A stretch of 62,918 bases of DNA, the filler included, from Octopus bimaculoides (Eukaryota): the NCBI RefSeq assembly GCF_001194135.2. It is 6 parts of 5 records of this genome, joined end to end, with 100 filler letters (N's around TTAATTAATTAA, not from the genome) between each part and the next. Parts side by side here need not be neighbours in the genome. Positions count along the whole stretch, not along the records: positions 1 to 7,687 come from NC_068990.1; positions 7,788 to 13,767 come from NC_068984.1; 4 more parts are not named here. One strand, written 5' to 3'. A program made the translations under genes and the position numbers. The notes beneath the pieces are model-generated. The model searched no databases. It worked only from the letters and a program-made list of their open reading frames with translations, and had not been told where the DNA came from. Of this stretch, positions 1 through 11,898 are shown piece after piece (position 1 is the first letter of the stretch; the number at the start of each line of letters is the position of its first letter).

Positions 1-296
1 AAAAAACCGGAGGGAAAAGCGCAAACAAAACAAGTCTTTAGTTAATTGGATACGAATCGTTTCATGGTTAAGTGAATGAAAATTTCACTATTCCAATCTT
101 CAGCCCAAATATTCTGATAAATTTGAAAGTGTCTCTAAAAAAAAAAAAAATATCGCCATCCATTTAGAGAAAAATTTGTAGTTTAGAATCAGTAGTTCTT
201 TGACTGCTATTTCTAAATTTTCAGTATGTTGGAGAAGCAACTCAATTGCTAATCCCTGTATATTTATGATGATATATATATATATAATTTATTCCA

Positions 297-490
297 TTGA
301 TGCTGAAAGATCCTAGCTTTAAGGGTGTCGCGAAAAGCCTGGCTGGAGGCCCAAATTTCCGAGTTCTTTTACAGGACTTAGATAAACTGAAGGACCGCTG
401 CAATAAGTGTGTGAACCTGAGAGACGAACATATTGAATAAAATCATAATTAACTGATCTTCCTTTATTTTGTTTGCGGACTTTAGTTCAT
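297..490 (+). mobile_element. Internally deleted mariner remnant (left-TIR-like start plus transposase C-terminus)
   Basis: Encodes KDRCNKCVNLRDEHIE*, a mariner-type C-terminus. Matches the copies at 53655-54010 and 55430-55957 at DNA level. The start tgctgaaagatcctagcttt resembles the reverse complement of the right TIR at 55925-55957. Confidence 0.7.
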
Positions 491-519
491 TTGCTCCGTT
501 GATACACAGGAATTAGACG

Positions 520-1050
520 GACTTAGGATGGATCCTGCAGTCATGTTTGAGATGAAATTATTGAAGACATGTTAATGAGCACCGTTTTGATTGTTTCTTA
601 CCTGCTGAAGGCTGTTAACTAGTTTTCGCTGTTACTTTTAGCTTCAGCTACAAATGTATAAAGAAAAGGATTCAGATCTGGGATTCGATCGTCACTCTGC
701 CACATTGATAGTGATTATAGGTAGTAGTTGAGTAGATGGAATTTTCTTCGACGACAGTTCAATATATAATATTGTCAGTTCTCTCTTCAGGGGACATACT
801 GATTGTTTTTAGATGCGGAATGCATTTGTCCAGTTTCGATCTTTCGATTAAAGTGAATATAGGTAATGGTAGTATCGGCTTTTAAATATGGTGTTTTATT
901 TTCTCATTCTAGCACTGTTGTGAATAGACTCTATCTTCTAAGCGTGCCGATAGAGGGGTTTACAGTCGTTATAAGGTGCTTGTTTTTAATGAGGATATTT
1001 AGCTGTATGATTTTGGTTGCTCTGAGAGATCTGTGAATCAATGTTATCTT
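520..1050 (-). mobile_element. Highly degraded PLE GIY-YIG/C-terminal region
   Basis: Broken minus-strand frames give TDNIIY*TVV and GKKQSKRCSLTCL, resembling PLE endonuclease motifs (NIIY.A.V; KRC.LCL). Many stops. Confidence 0.35.
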
Positions 1051-1428
1051 GACAAAGCTAGTTTACTTTAACGTTATTAGTGTTGAAGACACAACCCACA
1101 CAAAATTCCTGACAAATGACATAACTAAATTACAATGGACAAAAACACCATTGAGATTACCCTTAACACCATAGTAAAGAAGGAACTAATCACCCACCTA
1201 CAACTGGTAGATCGCAAACCTCCCGCTGTACACAAACCTTAATGATCGCGAAATAACTTACTCTCTTGTCTTAAATGCAGGATGACTAATCTGTCCCTCA
1301 GTAAGCTAATACTAGTCAGCAAGCTAATTCTATTATTATTCCTGAACGTTCTCTAATCATGTGAAACATCGTATGCAAAGCAATCCGAGAATACGAAAGT
1401 ACAGGCTACGAATGCATTCCAGATCCTA

Positions 1429-1526
1429 GGCTATAATAGAAGGCACTTACCCAAGGTGCCATGCAGTGGGAATGAACCTGGCGCCATGTGGCTGGTAAGC
1501 AAGCTACTTACCACACAGCCACTCCT
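1429..1526 (-). mobile_element. SINE family A, tRNA-like head only
   Basis: Reverse complement AGGAGTGGCTGTGTGGTAAGTAGCTTGCTTACCAGCCACATGG..GGTTCATTCCCACTGC has A-box and B-box-like motifs and matches 28700-28867. Confidence 0.85.
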
Positions 1527-1752
1527 CCTTATGTATGTGTATATTACTGTAATCTGGATTTTTAAAATCCCATTGTAGTGTGCTTTCCAAACTCTTTACG
1601 GGATTAAGATAAGTGGCATTACGTTATATTATATATGTATGTACACACACACACACACATATGTAAATATGCATATGTATGTGTTAGGGTTAGGGTTAGA
1701 GTCCACATTACTGCAATATCGTCTTTTAGTAATCTGTACCGTTCAATCTTTT

Positions 1753-2325
1753 TATTATTATTGTTATTATTATTATTATTGTTCAGTAGTTTTATTTTTA
1801 TAACGTGCTTTCACTTCACTACCAAGCGCGGCTCTGTGTGCCTTGGGTATGTGCTGTGGTTTGCTGTGATGTTCTTATGGTTACTGTATTGAAACTGTTT
1901 TGCGTAGGATGTGTGCAGTGCTCAGTAGTGCAATTTTCTGTATGTTATATATATTTGTAAGTCGTGGTGTTTTTTGTTATGTATTTGTCTGAATATGTTT
2001 TTATTATACCTAAGGCACCTACTATGATAGGAATTGTTTCTGTTTTTAGATTCCACATTCGAGTAACCTCTATTTCCAGGTCTTTGTATTTAGAAAGTTT
2101 TTCCATTTCTTTTAGGGAAACGTTGTCATCTGCTGGTATTGATACATCAATTAGAAAGCATTTTTTTCCTTCATGATCTTTGACAACTATATCTGGTCTA
2201 TTGGCCTTAATTTCTCTATCTGTGTGTATTGGCATATCCCAGAGTATGGTTGCTTTCTCGTTTTCTGTGACCTTTTCTGGCGAGTGTTTATACCATCTTT
2301 TTTCTGTTGTTATTCCATACACTCA
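1753..2325 (-). mobile_element. 3' end of R4/Dong-like non-LTR retrotransposon (restriction-like endonuclease domain, 3'UTR, (TAA)n tail)
   Basis: ORF 1945-2322 reads WYKHSPEKVTENEKATILWDMPIHTDREIKANRPDIVV..LIDVSIP.D.N...KEMEKLSKYKDL..E...W...TIPIIVGALG. It continues as IQKIALLSTAHILRK* and ends in a (TAA)n tract at 1753-1783. Confidence 0.85.
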
Positions 2326-2328
2326 CGC

Positions 2329-2618
2329 ACACTTATTCTATCTGTCTCTTTTGCCGAACCGCTAAGTTACGGGGACGTAAACACATCAGAATCGGCTGTC
2401 AATCGATGTTGGGAGGATAAGCACAGACATGAATGTGTGTATGTGTGTGTGCCCATACATACTCGACAGTCTTCTTTCAGTTTCCGTCTAACAGATCCAC
2501 TCAGAAGGCTTGGTTCGGTCTGCAACTATAGTAGAAGACACTTGCCCAAGTGGCACGCAGTGGGACTGAACCCGGAATCAAGTGGTTGGCAAAAAAGCTT
2601 CTTACGACACAGCCACGC
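2329..2618 (-). mobile_element. SINE family A, head + internal microsatellite + tail
   Basis: Contains the tail block ttattctatc..gccgaaccgctaagttacggggacgtaaac and the head block cttctttcagtttccgtcta..cttgcccaag..gcagtgggactgaacccgg, matching the full copy at 32478-32876. Confidence 0.85.
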
Positions 2619-2714
2619 TATATGCATGTATGTATGTATGTATGTATGTATGTATTATGCTCCAGCATGGTCGCAGTCATGACTGAAACAAGTAAACGAA
2701 TAAAAGAATAACGT

Positions 2715-2800
2715 GTGTGTGTATGTATGCATGAGTGCGCACGTGTGTGTATGTGTGTGCGTGTGTGTATGAGGGCGCGCGTGTATGTGTGTGTATGTGT

Positions 2801-2834
<34 letters not shown>

Positions 2835-3125
2835 CTTTGTAACATTGTAAGTAGGGGCTTTTGACGTCATGCGCAGGAATAATACGAACTCTTTTCATAA
2901 AGAAACACACACACACACTCACGCACACGCACAAACACACACATATACACACACACACAAAACATACGTACACACACACACACCCAAGATGATAGAAGCA
3001 CCTGTACACACGCGCACATACTCATACACACACACATACATACACACACATACACACGCGTGCGCAATACCGCAACAGTGCACACCCACATATGCTCGCG
3101 CGCGCGGCGTGAGTAAGCGTGTGTG
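2715..3125. repeat. Compound (TG)n/(CA)n microsatellite field
   Basis: Visible dinucleotide runs. These account for the HTHT/CVCV ORFs. Confidence 0.9.
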
Positions 3126-3514
3126 AGATTTGGAGAATAAAGAGAAAAGAAGAGAGAAAGGAAGAGAGAAAGTAAGAATGCGCGTAACGAAAGGCAGACA
3201 TTTCAACGTTAACAAGTGAACAGAAGCTTAGATCTGCATTCGCACACACGAACACACAACAAGTCTTATGCAAAACTTACAGATTCTGTATCGTGTGATT
3301 TTCTTCTATAAACACACTCAAACATCACTTCTGTCACGTTTAATATTCATGTCTTTTTATTAATAGGAATCTACTGACGTGACATTTGCCTTCATTTTTA
3401 TTCTAGCTACCTATCCATAGGCCTGTCTGACATTTTGTCTGTCTATCTATCACTCTATCTATCTATCTATCTATCTATCGATCGATGGATCTATCTATCT
3501 ATTTACCTATCTAT

Positions 3515-5224
3515 CTATCTGAGAGCATTAACGGGTGCCATCATCAACAACAGATGGTGGTATGCCCTCAAAAAGCAATCAAATCAGACTCTTTTATGTA
3601 CAGTAAGGCCCTAGCGTTAGACCGAAATAGAATAGAGGGAGACCTAGTTAAGAAATTAGAAGAGGCACTTAGTACTGGCATCGCGTCCAACGTAGTGGCG
3701 GCGAGGTTGGCCCTCGACCAACACTTCAACGCCAAACACGAAGGATGCGTTGTCAGAGCTAGGATGCGTACTTTGAGGGACGAGGGAGTTTGAGCGGCCC
3801 GAGAGGCCCAAGTAGCGGAGGCGCAACGAGGCAACAGAGCAAACATTACGTCTCTGGCAGATGAAGANNNNNNNNNNNNNNNNNNNNNNNNNNNNNNNNN
3901 NNNNNNNNNNNNNNNNNNNNNNNNNNNNNNNNNNNNNNNNNNNNNNNNNNNNNNNNNNNNNNNNNNNNNNNNNNNNNNNNNNNNNNNNNNNNNNNNNNNN
4001 NNNNNNNNNNNNNNNNNNNNNNNNNNNNNNNNNNNNNNNNNNNNNNNNNNNNNNNNNNNNNNNNNNNNNNNNNNNNNNNNNNNNNNNNNNNNNNNNNNNN
4101 NNNNNNNNNNNNNNNNNNNNNNNNNNNNNNNNNNNNNNNNNNNNNNNNNNNNNNNNNNNNNNNNNNNNNNNNNNNNNNNNNNNNNNNNNNNNNNNNNNNN
4201 NNNNNNNNNNNNNNNNNNNNNNNNNNNNNNNNNNNNNNNNNNNNNNNNNNNNNNNNNNNNNNNNNNNNNNNNNNNNNNNNNNNNNNNNNNNNNNNNNNNN
4301 NNNNNNNNNNNNNNNNNNNNNNNNNNNNNNNNNNNNNNNNNNNNNNNNNNNNNNNNNNNNNNNNNNNNNNNNNNNAGGAGTATCCATGACAACCTCCATC
4401 TGATCCGCTACATCATGGACAGGGTAGTTAAGGAACCTGGCATGGGTGGGGCGCTGATCAATTTGGATCAATCAAAAGCCTTCGATAGGGTAGACCATCA
4501 CTACTTGGAGGCCGTCCTCATAGCGGCTGGTTTCGGTCCCATCTTCCGTGGTTGGATCGCTGCCTTATACAGCGGCATCCGCTCGGTAGTTCGCGTAAAC
4601 GGTCATCTATCCAGACCTTTCGGCATCATGCGTTCGGTTCGTCAAGGATGCCCCCTCTCGGTCCTTCTGTATGTATTGACTCTACTGCGGAGCCTCTACT
4701 GCGGAAGCTGGCGACGCTGAGGGGCATCCCACGAGAGCTGGGATGTGGGACGAGCGTGTCTGCATACGCGGACGACGTGACCGTCATAGTGTCGAGCCAA
4801 AAGAACATCGAGCTTGTCGGCGAGAGACTAAAAGAATACGAAGTAGTATCAAGCCCATGCCGTCTAACAGCGTGTCCACTGTGGGACGCTGGACCGACGG
4901 GCCGGTTAAATTGCTCGGAGTCTGATTCGGTCCGGACCTCCGAATGGAGAAGAACTGGGGCGAAATAACGACTAGGGTGGTCACTCTCATCCGGCAATGG
5001 GCCGAGAGGAAGCTATCCCTAAAAGGTCGGGTGGAGGTGGCGAACNNNNNNNNNNTCCGGCAATGGGCCGAGAGGAAGCTATCCCTAAAAGGTCGGGTGG
5101 AGGTGGCGAACGCGTACATCACATCCGTCATCGAATACCGTCTGACTGTCGTGCCTTGTCCCGACCCTACTATCACCAAACTGGAACGCATACTCTTCCA
5201 CTTCTTGTGGAAGGGAAGCGTTCC
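3515..5224 (+). mobile_element. Tx1/L1-clade LINE ORF2 fragment (reverse transcriptase; frameshifted; gap 3868-4376)
   Basis: Peptides AIKSDSFMYSK..GCVVRARMR (post-endonuclease linker), LINLDQSKAFDRVDHHYL, SVRQGCPLSVLLYVL, SAYADDVTV, VKLLGVWFG and LSLKGRVEVAN..LERILFHFLWKG. GC-rich relative to the flanks. Confidence 0.9.
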
Positions 5225-7140
5225 GTTTAGCCCCCTGTAAGCAATAAAGAAAAAAAAATACAGTGCTCACTAGGTTCGTCCATCTTTTTGACAGGTTGGG
5301 TTTCTGGCAACACTACTCTCCAGACAAGTCTATTTGCTGATTTAGTCTCCCTCGATTTAACCATATAACAAGTTATACTGGATTCCATGTTTTCAGTAAC
5401 ACTCATGAGAGGCCTCACACGTGACCTAATGCATATGTATAGGAATCAGGGAGGAATGAACAGTGATCTCATCTATGGCTAGGGTGTTGAACTTATATGA
5501 GTCATTGTTGTATAAAATGTTATGTATAAGGTGGACAAAATCACACATCTGGAAACACTGTACTTGATAGGGTTATAGATCGGAGACAGCTTTATCAGCA
5601 CATGAGGTGATCCATAATAAGACCACCAATCCAAAAATTTCAACACCAATGGAATCCAATATGGGCAGTTGTGCTTGGAAATTGCCAGGCCAGATACGGT
5701 CGAATGAATTGGTTAAGTGAAGCGTAACATCTTCAGTGTGGAAGACAGAAATAAAATTAATTTTCAGTTTGCATTCTAGGTGCAATATTCATATATATAT
5801 ATGTAATATATATTTAAATATAATATTGGATGATATAAACGTATATAAATGCAAACACACGCAACCATAGATCCATGCAAAGACATTTTGGAGTAATTCC
5901 ATCTCATTAATATATATTTGTGAAAGCAATGGCGGGGAAAAGTGTGGAAATAAGCTAATGTGGATAGCATAACGTACATAGATGTTTCCTATAGGTATAT
6001 CGATAGACAGACCACTAAATACATACTCTTATATATAGAATAGTATATGTGTGTGTGTGTGTCTGTACGTATGTATGTATATAGATATATGTGAATATAC
6101 ATATATATAGGCATATATATATGCGTATTTATATATGTATATATGTGTATATATATATNNNNNNNNNNNNNNNNNNNNNNNNNNNNNNNNNNNNNNNNNN
6201 NNNNNNNNNNNNNNNNNNNNNNNNNNNNNNNNNNNNNNNNNNNNNNNNNNNNNNNNNNNNNNNNNNNNNNNNNNNNNNNNNNNNNNNNNNNNNNNNNNNN
6301 NNNNNNNNNNNNNNNNNNNNNNNNNNNNNNNNNNNNNNNNNNNNNNNNNNNNNNNNNNNNNNNNNNNNNNNNNNNNNNNNNNNNNNNNNNNNNNNNNNNN
6401 NNNNNNNNNNNNNNNNNNNNNNNNNNNNNNNNNNNNNNNNNNNNNNNNNNNNNNNNNNNNNNNNNNNNNNNNNNNNNNNNNNNNNNNNNNNNNNNNNNNN
6501 NNNNNNNNNNNNNNNNNNNNNNNNNNNNNNNNNNNNNNNNNNNNNNNNNNNNNNNNNNNNNNNNNNNNNNNNNNNNNNNNNNNNNNNNNNNNNNNNNNNN
6601 NNNNNNNNNNNNNNNNNNNNNNNNNNNNNNNNNNNNNNNNNNNNNNNNNNNNNNNNNNNNNNNNNNNNNNNNNNNNNNNNNNNNNNNNNNNNNNNNNNNN
6701 NNNNNNNNNNNNNNNNNNNNNNNNNNNNNNNNNNNNNNNNNNNNNNNNNNNNNNNNNNNNNNNNNNNNNNNNNNNNNNNNNNNNNNNNNNNNNNNNNNNN
6801 NNNNNNNNNNNNNNNNNNNNNNNNNNNNNNNNNNNNNNNNNNNNNNNNNNNNNNNNNNNNNNNNNNNNNNNNNNNNNNNNNNNNNNNNNNNNNNNNNNNN
6901 NNNNNNNNNNNNNNNNNNNNNNNNNNNNNNNNNNNNNNNNNNNNNNNNNNNNNNNNNNNNNNNNNNNNNNNNNNNNNNNNNNNNNNNNNNNNNNNNNNNN
7001 NNNNNNNNNNNNNNNNNNNNNNNNNNNNNNNNNNNNNNNNNNNNNNNNNNNNNNNNNNNNNNNNNNNNNNNNNNNNNNNNNNNNNNNNNNNNNNNNNNNN
7101 NNNNNNNNNNNNNNNNNNNNNNNNNNNNNNNNNNNNNNNN

Positions 7141-7217
<77 letters not shown>

Positions 7218-7258
7218 ACAGACATACAGACAGATAGATAGATAGATAGATAGATATC
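7141..7258. repeat. (GATA)n tetranucleotide microsatellite
   Basis: Directly visible, bordering an N gap. Confidence 0.95.
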
Positions 7259-7337
7259 TTTTTATTATAGCCACACAGGGCTAAATACAGAAAATGGATA
7301 GATACGCCTATATATTTAAACACAGATAGGCAGACAT

Positions 7338-7396
<59 letters not shown>

Positions 7397-7731
7397 AATA
7401 GACTGACGAAAAGGCCGACAGACGGACAACAAACAGATTGGTAGGCAAGCAGGCAGGCAGGCAGGCAGAGAGGCAGATAGTGGTGAGTGATACGTGTGTA
7501 TGCGTGAGCCCACGCACAAATACACGTGAACACACACGCGCTCACACACACATATACACATACTTACACACACACACACTCACACACACTCTCTCTCTCT
7601 CTCTCTCACTCACACACACACACACACTCACACACTCTCTCTTTCTCTCTCACTCTCTCTCACATACACACACACACACACACACACNNNNNNNNNNNNN
7701 NNNNNNNNNNNNNNNNNNNNNNNNNNNNNNN

Positions 7732-7743
7732 TTAATTAATTAA
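7732..7743. other. Artificial scaffolding spacer TTAATTAATTAA (also 13812-13823, 28608-28619, 39689-39700, 45267-45278)
   Basis: The same 12-mer (stops in all six frames) occurs five times, each flanked by exactly 44 N on both sides (100 bp total). Confidence 0.95.
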
Positions 7744-7787
7744 NNNNNNNNNNNNNNNNNNNNNNNNNNNNNNNNNNNNNNNNNNNN

Positions 7788-7821
<34 letters not shown>

Positions 7822-7984
7822 CACACACATGCACACCTATATGATGGGGTGCTGATTCACACACTTATTGCCATGGCCCTTCAGTTTTCTAAGCCCTGAA
7901 AAAGAACTCAGAGGTTTGGCCCCTTTTGTGATATCTTTAAAGCTGGGAAATTCTCAGCACCCCCTTTGTGTATATATATACATA

Positions 7985-8235
7985 TCATCATCATCATCAT
8001 CCTCATTTAATGTCCATTTTCCATGCTGACACAGGTTGGACGGTTTGACTGAAAACTGGTAACCAGTTTGATTTGGCATGGTTTCTATAGCTGGATGCCC
8101 TTCCTAACACTAACTACTCTAAGAGTGTAGAGGGTACTTTTTACATGCCACCGGCGCGAGCACCAGTTACGCAACACTGGCATCAGCCACAACTATGATC
8201 TCACTTGCTTGACAGGCCTTCTCAAGTACGGTAAA
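7985..8235 (-). mobile_element. RTE LINE 3'UTR fragment (5'-truncated) ending in (TGA)n
   Basis: Shares catttaatgtccattttccatgc..gctggatgcccttccta..tttttacatgccaccggc with 11074-11898, where this sequence is continuous with an RTE C-terminus. Confidence 0.75.
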
Positions 8236-9243
8236 CCTTGCTACATTCTTCCACAAAGTTCATTTCTTTGAAAATTCACTCAAGTAATGTTGGCCAACCT
8301 GAGTTTATGATAAAATTACATATCCAGTATTATGTGAAAGGTATTGAACCTAGATCCACATGCTCGCAAAGCAAAGTTCTTGAACACTTGACCATATCTG
8401 ACTTGATGCAACAATTATCCAGAGAGATTCAAACAAACAACATTCTGTTTCTAGCTCTGCATTCTAACTAGTCTGCTGCTATTCTCTGCTGCTAAATTCA
8501 TTTCAATAAATAAATTCTAGACAATAATTCTGCTTTGATTGTCAGCATATTTGTAATATATCTGCCGATTCATAAAGGCTGCCAATTGTTAAATTTAAAC
8601 AAATAGCAGAGGCGATTTACCTAATATATTCCTCCCTCTTAACATTACTACTTATCAGGTCTGGTCATATTGTATGGTTGAAGTAGGTGTGCAAGTACGT
8701 ATTTGTGCACAGCGTGTTAAGCAGTTGCAGCAATGGAATAGGTTTCTTTCTTTTTTTTTTTTTGAATACAAGTGTTTGTGTACATAACTCTGCATGTGTG
8801 TGTATATGTGTGTGTGTTTGCGTGCATACGTGTGTGTGTGTGTGTATTTTCATTCATGCTAATATACTTCCTTGTTTCCTTTGTTAATTCATGTTGATGT
8901 GTGTGTGTGCTTTAGTGTCATATTTGTGCAAAGGTGTGGTTAGACGGCAATAGAAAGAAAAACAACAGCCTGTTTAGTCAATCAATGTGTTTTGTGCTTT
9001 GAATTGCTGGAAGCAGAATGTCTAGGAGGATATTGTTGAAAAAAAAAAAAAAAAATTTAGTTAGTTTAGTTTTCTATACATGACCTTAAACCCTTATGCG
9101 TGTTTTTTTAAGATAAGTTCTCTAATAAGCACTACAACAATACCCCTGATATGATTTATCTATTTTTCATATTTACTTATTGTCTACTAACTGTTGTAAC
9201 ATATTTTTTATTGCATATATATACATATATATATATGTACATA

Positions 9244-9318
<75 letters not shown>

Positions 9319-9924
9319 GTATATATATATGTACATATATATGTACATACACATATATATATATACACACACACACACACATACATATTGTGAATTGATT
9401 TTTATGAATAGATGCAAATAATTTGAGATCAAACATTGGTTTTAGTCAATGTATACCTTGAGCAATCTTAGGTTCCTGTTGTTGTGCAGTCAGCCGCTCT
9501 CCACCAGCTGCTCAATTCAGATCAAGCAGATATACGGCAGATAAGTAATTGACTGAATGACTTGTAGGTGTGACCCATACATCAGCTGTTTCCAGTATGC
9601 CATGCAGTAATCTTTGGTATTTTATGTATAGAGCAATATTGATTTCTAATATTGGTACAAAGCTTCTAATTTTTGATGGGAGGGTGTATAGTCGATTAAA
9701 TCAACGCCAATACGTAACTTGTAGTTTATGTCATTGATTCCCCCCACTTCCTCCACCTCCACCTCAGAAGGTTGAGTAGCAAAGCTGACATTGGTGAAGT
9801 TTGAACACTGTATTTATAACAAAAAGCCTTAACTAAGTACTGCAATAAAATTTTTGTTGTAGGCTCTAATAATTCTGACAATCTGTTGCTCTAATTTTGG
9901 GAAAATATTGCTTTCAAATTTTGG

Positions 9925-10110
9925 CACAAGGCCAGCAAGATTGGTTGATTTACATTGACCTCAATGCTAAACTGGTACTTATATTATTGACCCTGAAAGA
10001 ATGAAAGCTAGGTCGACCTTTGTAAAATTTCAACTTAGAATATAAAGATGGACGAAAATACCATTAAGCGTTTTGCCTGGCATGCTTACAATACTGCCAA
10101 CTTGCTGCCT
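9925..10110 (-). mobile_element. Degraded SINE family B
   Basis: caaggcc..ctggtacttatattattgacc..gaaagaatgaaag..gtcgacc..ttcaacttagaa matches the reverse complement of the family B body. Confidence 0.65.
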
Positions 10111-10160
10111 TAAATTTATAGAAAATATTAATTACTAAAATAATCTTTTTATTTCAGTGA

Positions 10161-10487
10161 TTATTACCTCTGCCTTAGCGAAGGCAGAAGTATTGTTTGC
10201 TTGTCCGTGGACAAGATATCTCAAGAACCACTGGTTGGATTCGGACGAAACTTTCAGGGATGTTTAGCCTCATGACTGGCACAAACTGGTTAGATTTTGG
10301 GATTGAGCTGGTATCAGAGAAGGATTCTGGGTTATTTTTCTGGTCTTTTTACTTAATTTTTGAGAGTGGTCAGGTTCATTTTTAGTATTCTCGTTTGTGA
10401 GAGCAGTCAAGTTTATTTCAAATGTTCTCATTTTAAAAATCATCTCTGGTTAATCGTTGAGGTTTGCACTCTCTGAATGTTCTTGTT
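10161..10487 (+). mobile_element. Non-autonomous Helentron-like element (HINE/DINE-1-like)
   Basis: Starts ttattacctctgcc with the hairpin tctgcctt-agcg-aaggcaga. Has an internal ggattcggacgaaacttt block. Ends gaggtttgcactctctgaatgttcttgtt (subterminal IR plus 3' hairpin) in T-rich flanks. The family call is from recalled architecture. Confidence 0.55.
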
Positions 10488-10639
10488 ATTATTGTTTCAT
10501 ATCTATATTGGTGGATAGAAACTGAGTGCAGCCTGTAATGTGCGTGTGTGTGTGTTCATGTGTATTAATATTTCCTTGATAGTTGTAAATGAGTGTCACT
10601 GTCATGTAGGCAAGTGTCCTTTGTTTCCAGTTTTTCATG

Positions 10640-10790
10640 AAAACGACCAGCCATGGGGAAATATTACCTGTCTTGGAAATAGGTGAAGATTAGTGACAGG
10701 AAGGGCATCCAGCTGTGGAAAATCCACCTCAATAAATTCTGTTCAACCCATGCAAACATGAAAAAGCGAATGTTAAAATGATGATGATTA
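10640..10790 (+). mobile_element. RTE-type 3' tail fragment
   Basis: aggaagggcatccagctgt..caacccatgc..atgttaaaatgatgatgat has the same terminus as 11074-11898, in the opposite orientation. Confidence 0.7.
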
Positions 10791-11073
10791 AATCTCACCA
10801 TTATTTCTCAGACCATAAAAAGAAGAGGTTTGTGAATTTGGGATGGTTGTTTACCAGAACAGAAACAATTTTGAAAGTCTGATTATAATGTGTATTTATA
10901 ACAATACAAATAATGACACTAAGGAACTGTTAACAAATACTATTATCCATAGAGATGGTAAAATGGCATGATTGTGAGTCTGTTCGATAAAATGCCTTGC
11001 AGTATTTGTTCAAGTTCTCTGCTTTCTAAGTTCAGTTCCTGGCAAGGCAGATATACCCTTTCATCTTTTGAGG

Positions 11074-11898
11074 ATCGTCATCATCGTTTAACGTCCATTT
11101 TTCATGCTGACATGGGTTGGATGGTTTGACTGAGTTCTGGAGAGCTATTGGCTGCACTAGGCTCCAAGCTGATCTGGCAAAATTTCTACAACTGGATGCC
11201 CTCCCCAATGCCAACCACTCCGAGAGTGTAGTGGGTACTTTTTAAGTATCACCGGCGCAGGAGCCAGTCAGGTGAGCCTAGCATCTATCATGTTTGGATA
11301 GTGCTTTTTACGTGCCACCAGCACAGGGGCCAGTCAGGGGGTACTGACATTGGCCTCGTTTGGATGTTGCTTTTTACGTTCCACTGGCACAGGAGGTGGG
11401 AGCAGTCAGGTGGTCCTGGCATTGGTTATGTTTGGATAGTGCTTTTTACATGCCACTGGCACAAGAGCCAATCAGGGAGTACTGGCATCGGCCACATTCA
11501 GATGGTTCTTTTTACATGCCACCGGCATGGGAACCAGTCAGACAGACCTGGGATCGACCATGTTCGGATGGTGCTTTTTACATGCCAATGGCACACAGCT
11601 ATCATATTGGTTTCACTTGACTTAACAGGTCTTCTCTAGCATATCATATCACCCAATGCATCAGGGGTACTCTTAACTGGGCCAAACATGCATGGCTGTA
11701 ATTTCACTTTAGTTGCCAGGTCTTCTCAATCACAGCATATCTCCAAAGGTCTTGGTCTCCTTTCATTGCCTCTGTGAGGTTCAATGTTCAAAGGTCATGC
11801 TTCACCACCTCATCCCATGTCTTCCTGGGTCTACCACTTCCACAGGTTACTTCCAAAGTTAGGGAGTGGCACTTCCTCACACAGCTGTCCTCATCCAT
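11074..11898 (-). mobile_element. 5'-truncated RTE LINE: ORF C-terminus plus 3'UTR with a 66-bp tandem array and (TGA)n tail
   Basis: Minus strand of ~11700-11898 encodes MDEDSCVRKCHSL..CGSGRPRKTWDEVVKHDL*..AMKGDQDLWRYAV (RTE GRPRKTW..DL..WR motif). The 3'UTR follows. Confidence 0.8.
11236..11600. repeat. Minisatellite: five full 66-72 bp units plus a partial unit inside the RTE 3'UTR
   Basis: Units begin t(g/a/t)ctttttac at 11236, 11302, 11368, 11440, 11506 and 11572. Confidence 0.85.

Noticed and set aside
1685-1700. TTAGGG telomeric repeat
   Set aside because: Only ~2.5 units, within a TG-rich low-complexity stretch.
4996-5110. ~55-bp direct duplication in the Tx1 element
   Set aside because: The identical copies flank a 10-N gap, typical of an unmerged contig overlap.
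5989-7551. Very long ORFs (200-520 aa) in the track, here and at every gap
   Set aside because: They are open only because they run through N; the remaining residues are microsatellite translations.
8500-9620. Unique-looking stretches as possible exons or conserved regulatory elements (also 56010-56170)
   Set aside because: No convincing splice-site pair with an open frame. Conservation cannot be judged without alignments.
11236-11600. CRISPR-like regularly spaced repeat, and a 22-aa-repeat ORF at 11301-11639
   Set aside because: Whole units are homologous (no unique spacers), there are no cas genes, the context is eukaryotic, and the array lies in an RTE 3'UTR with the ORF antisense to it.
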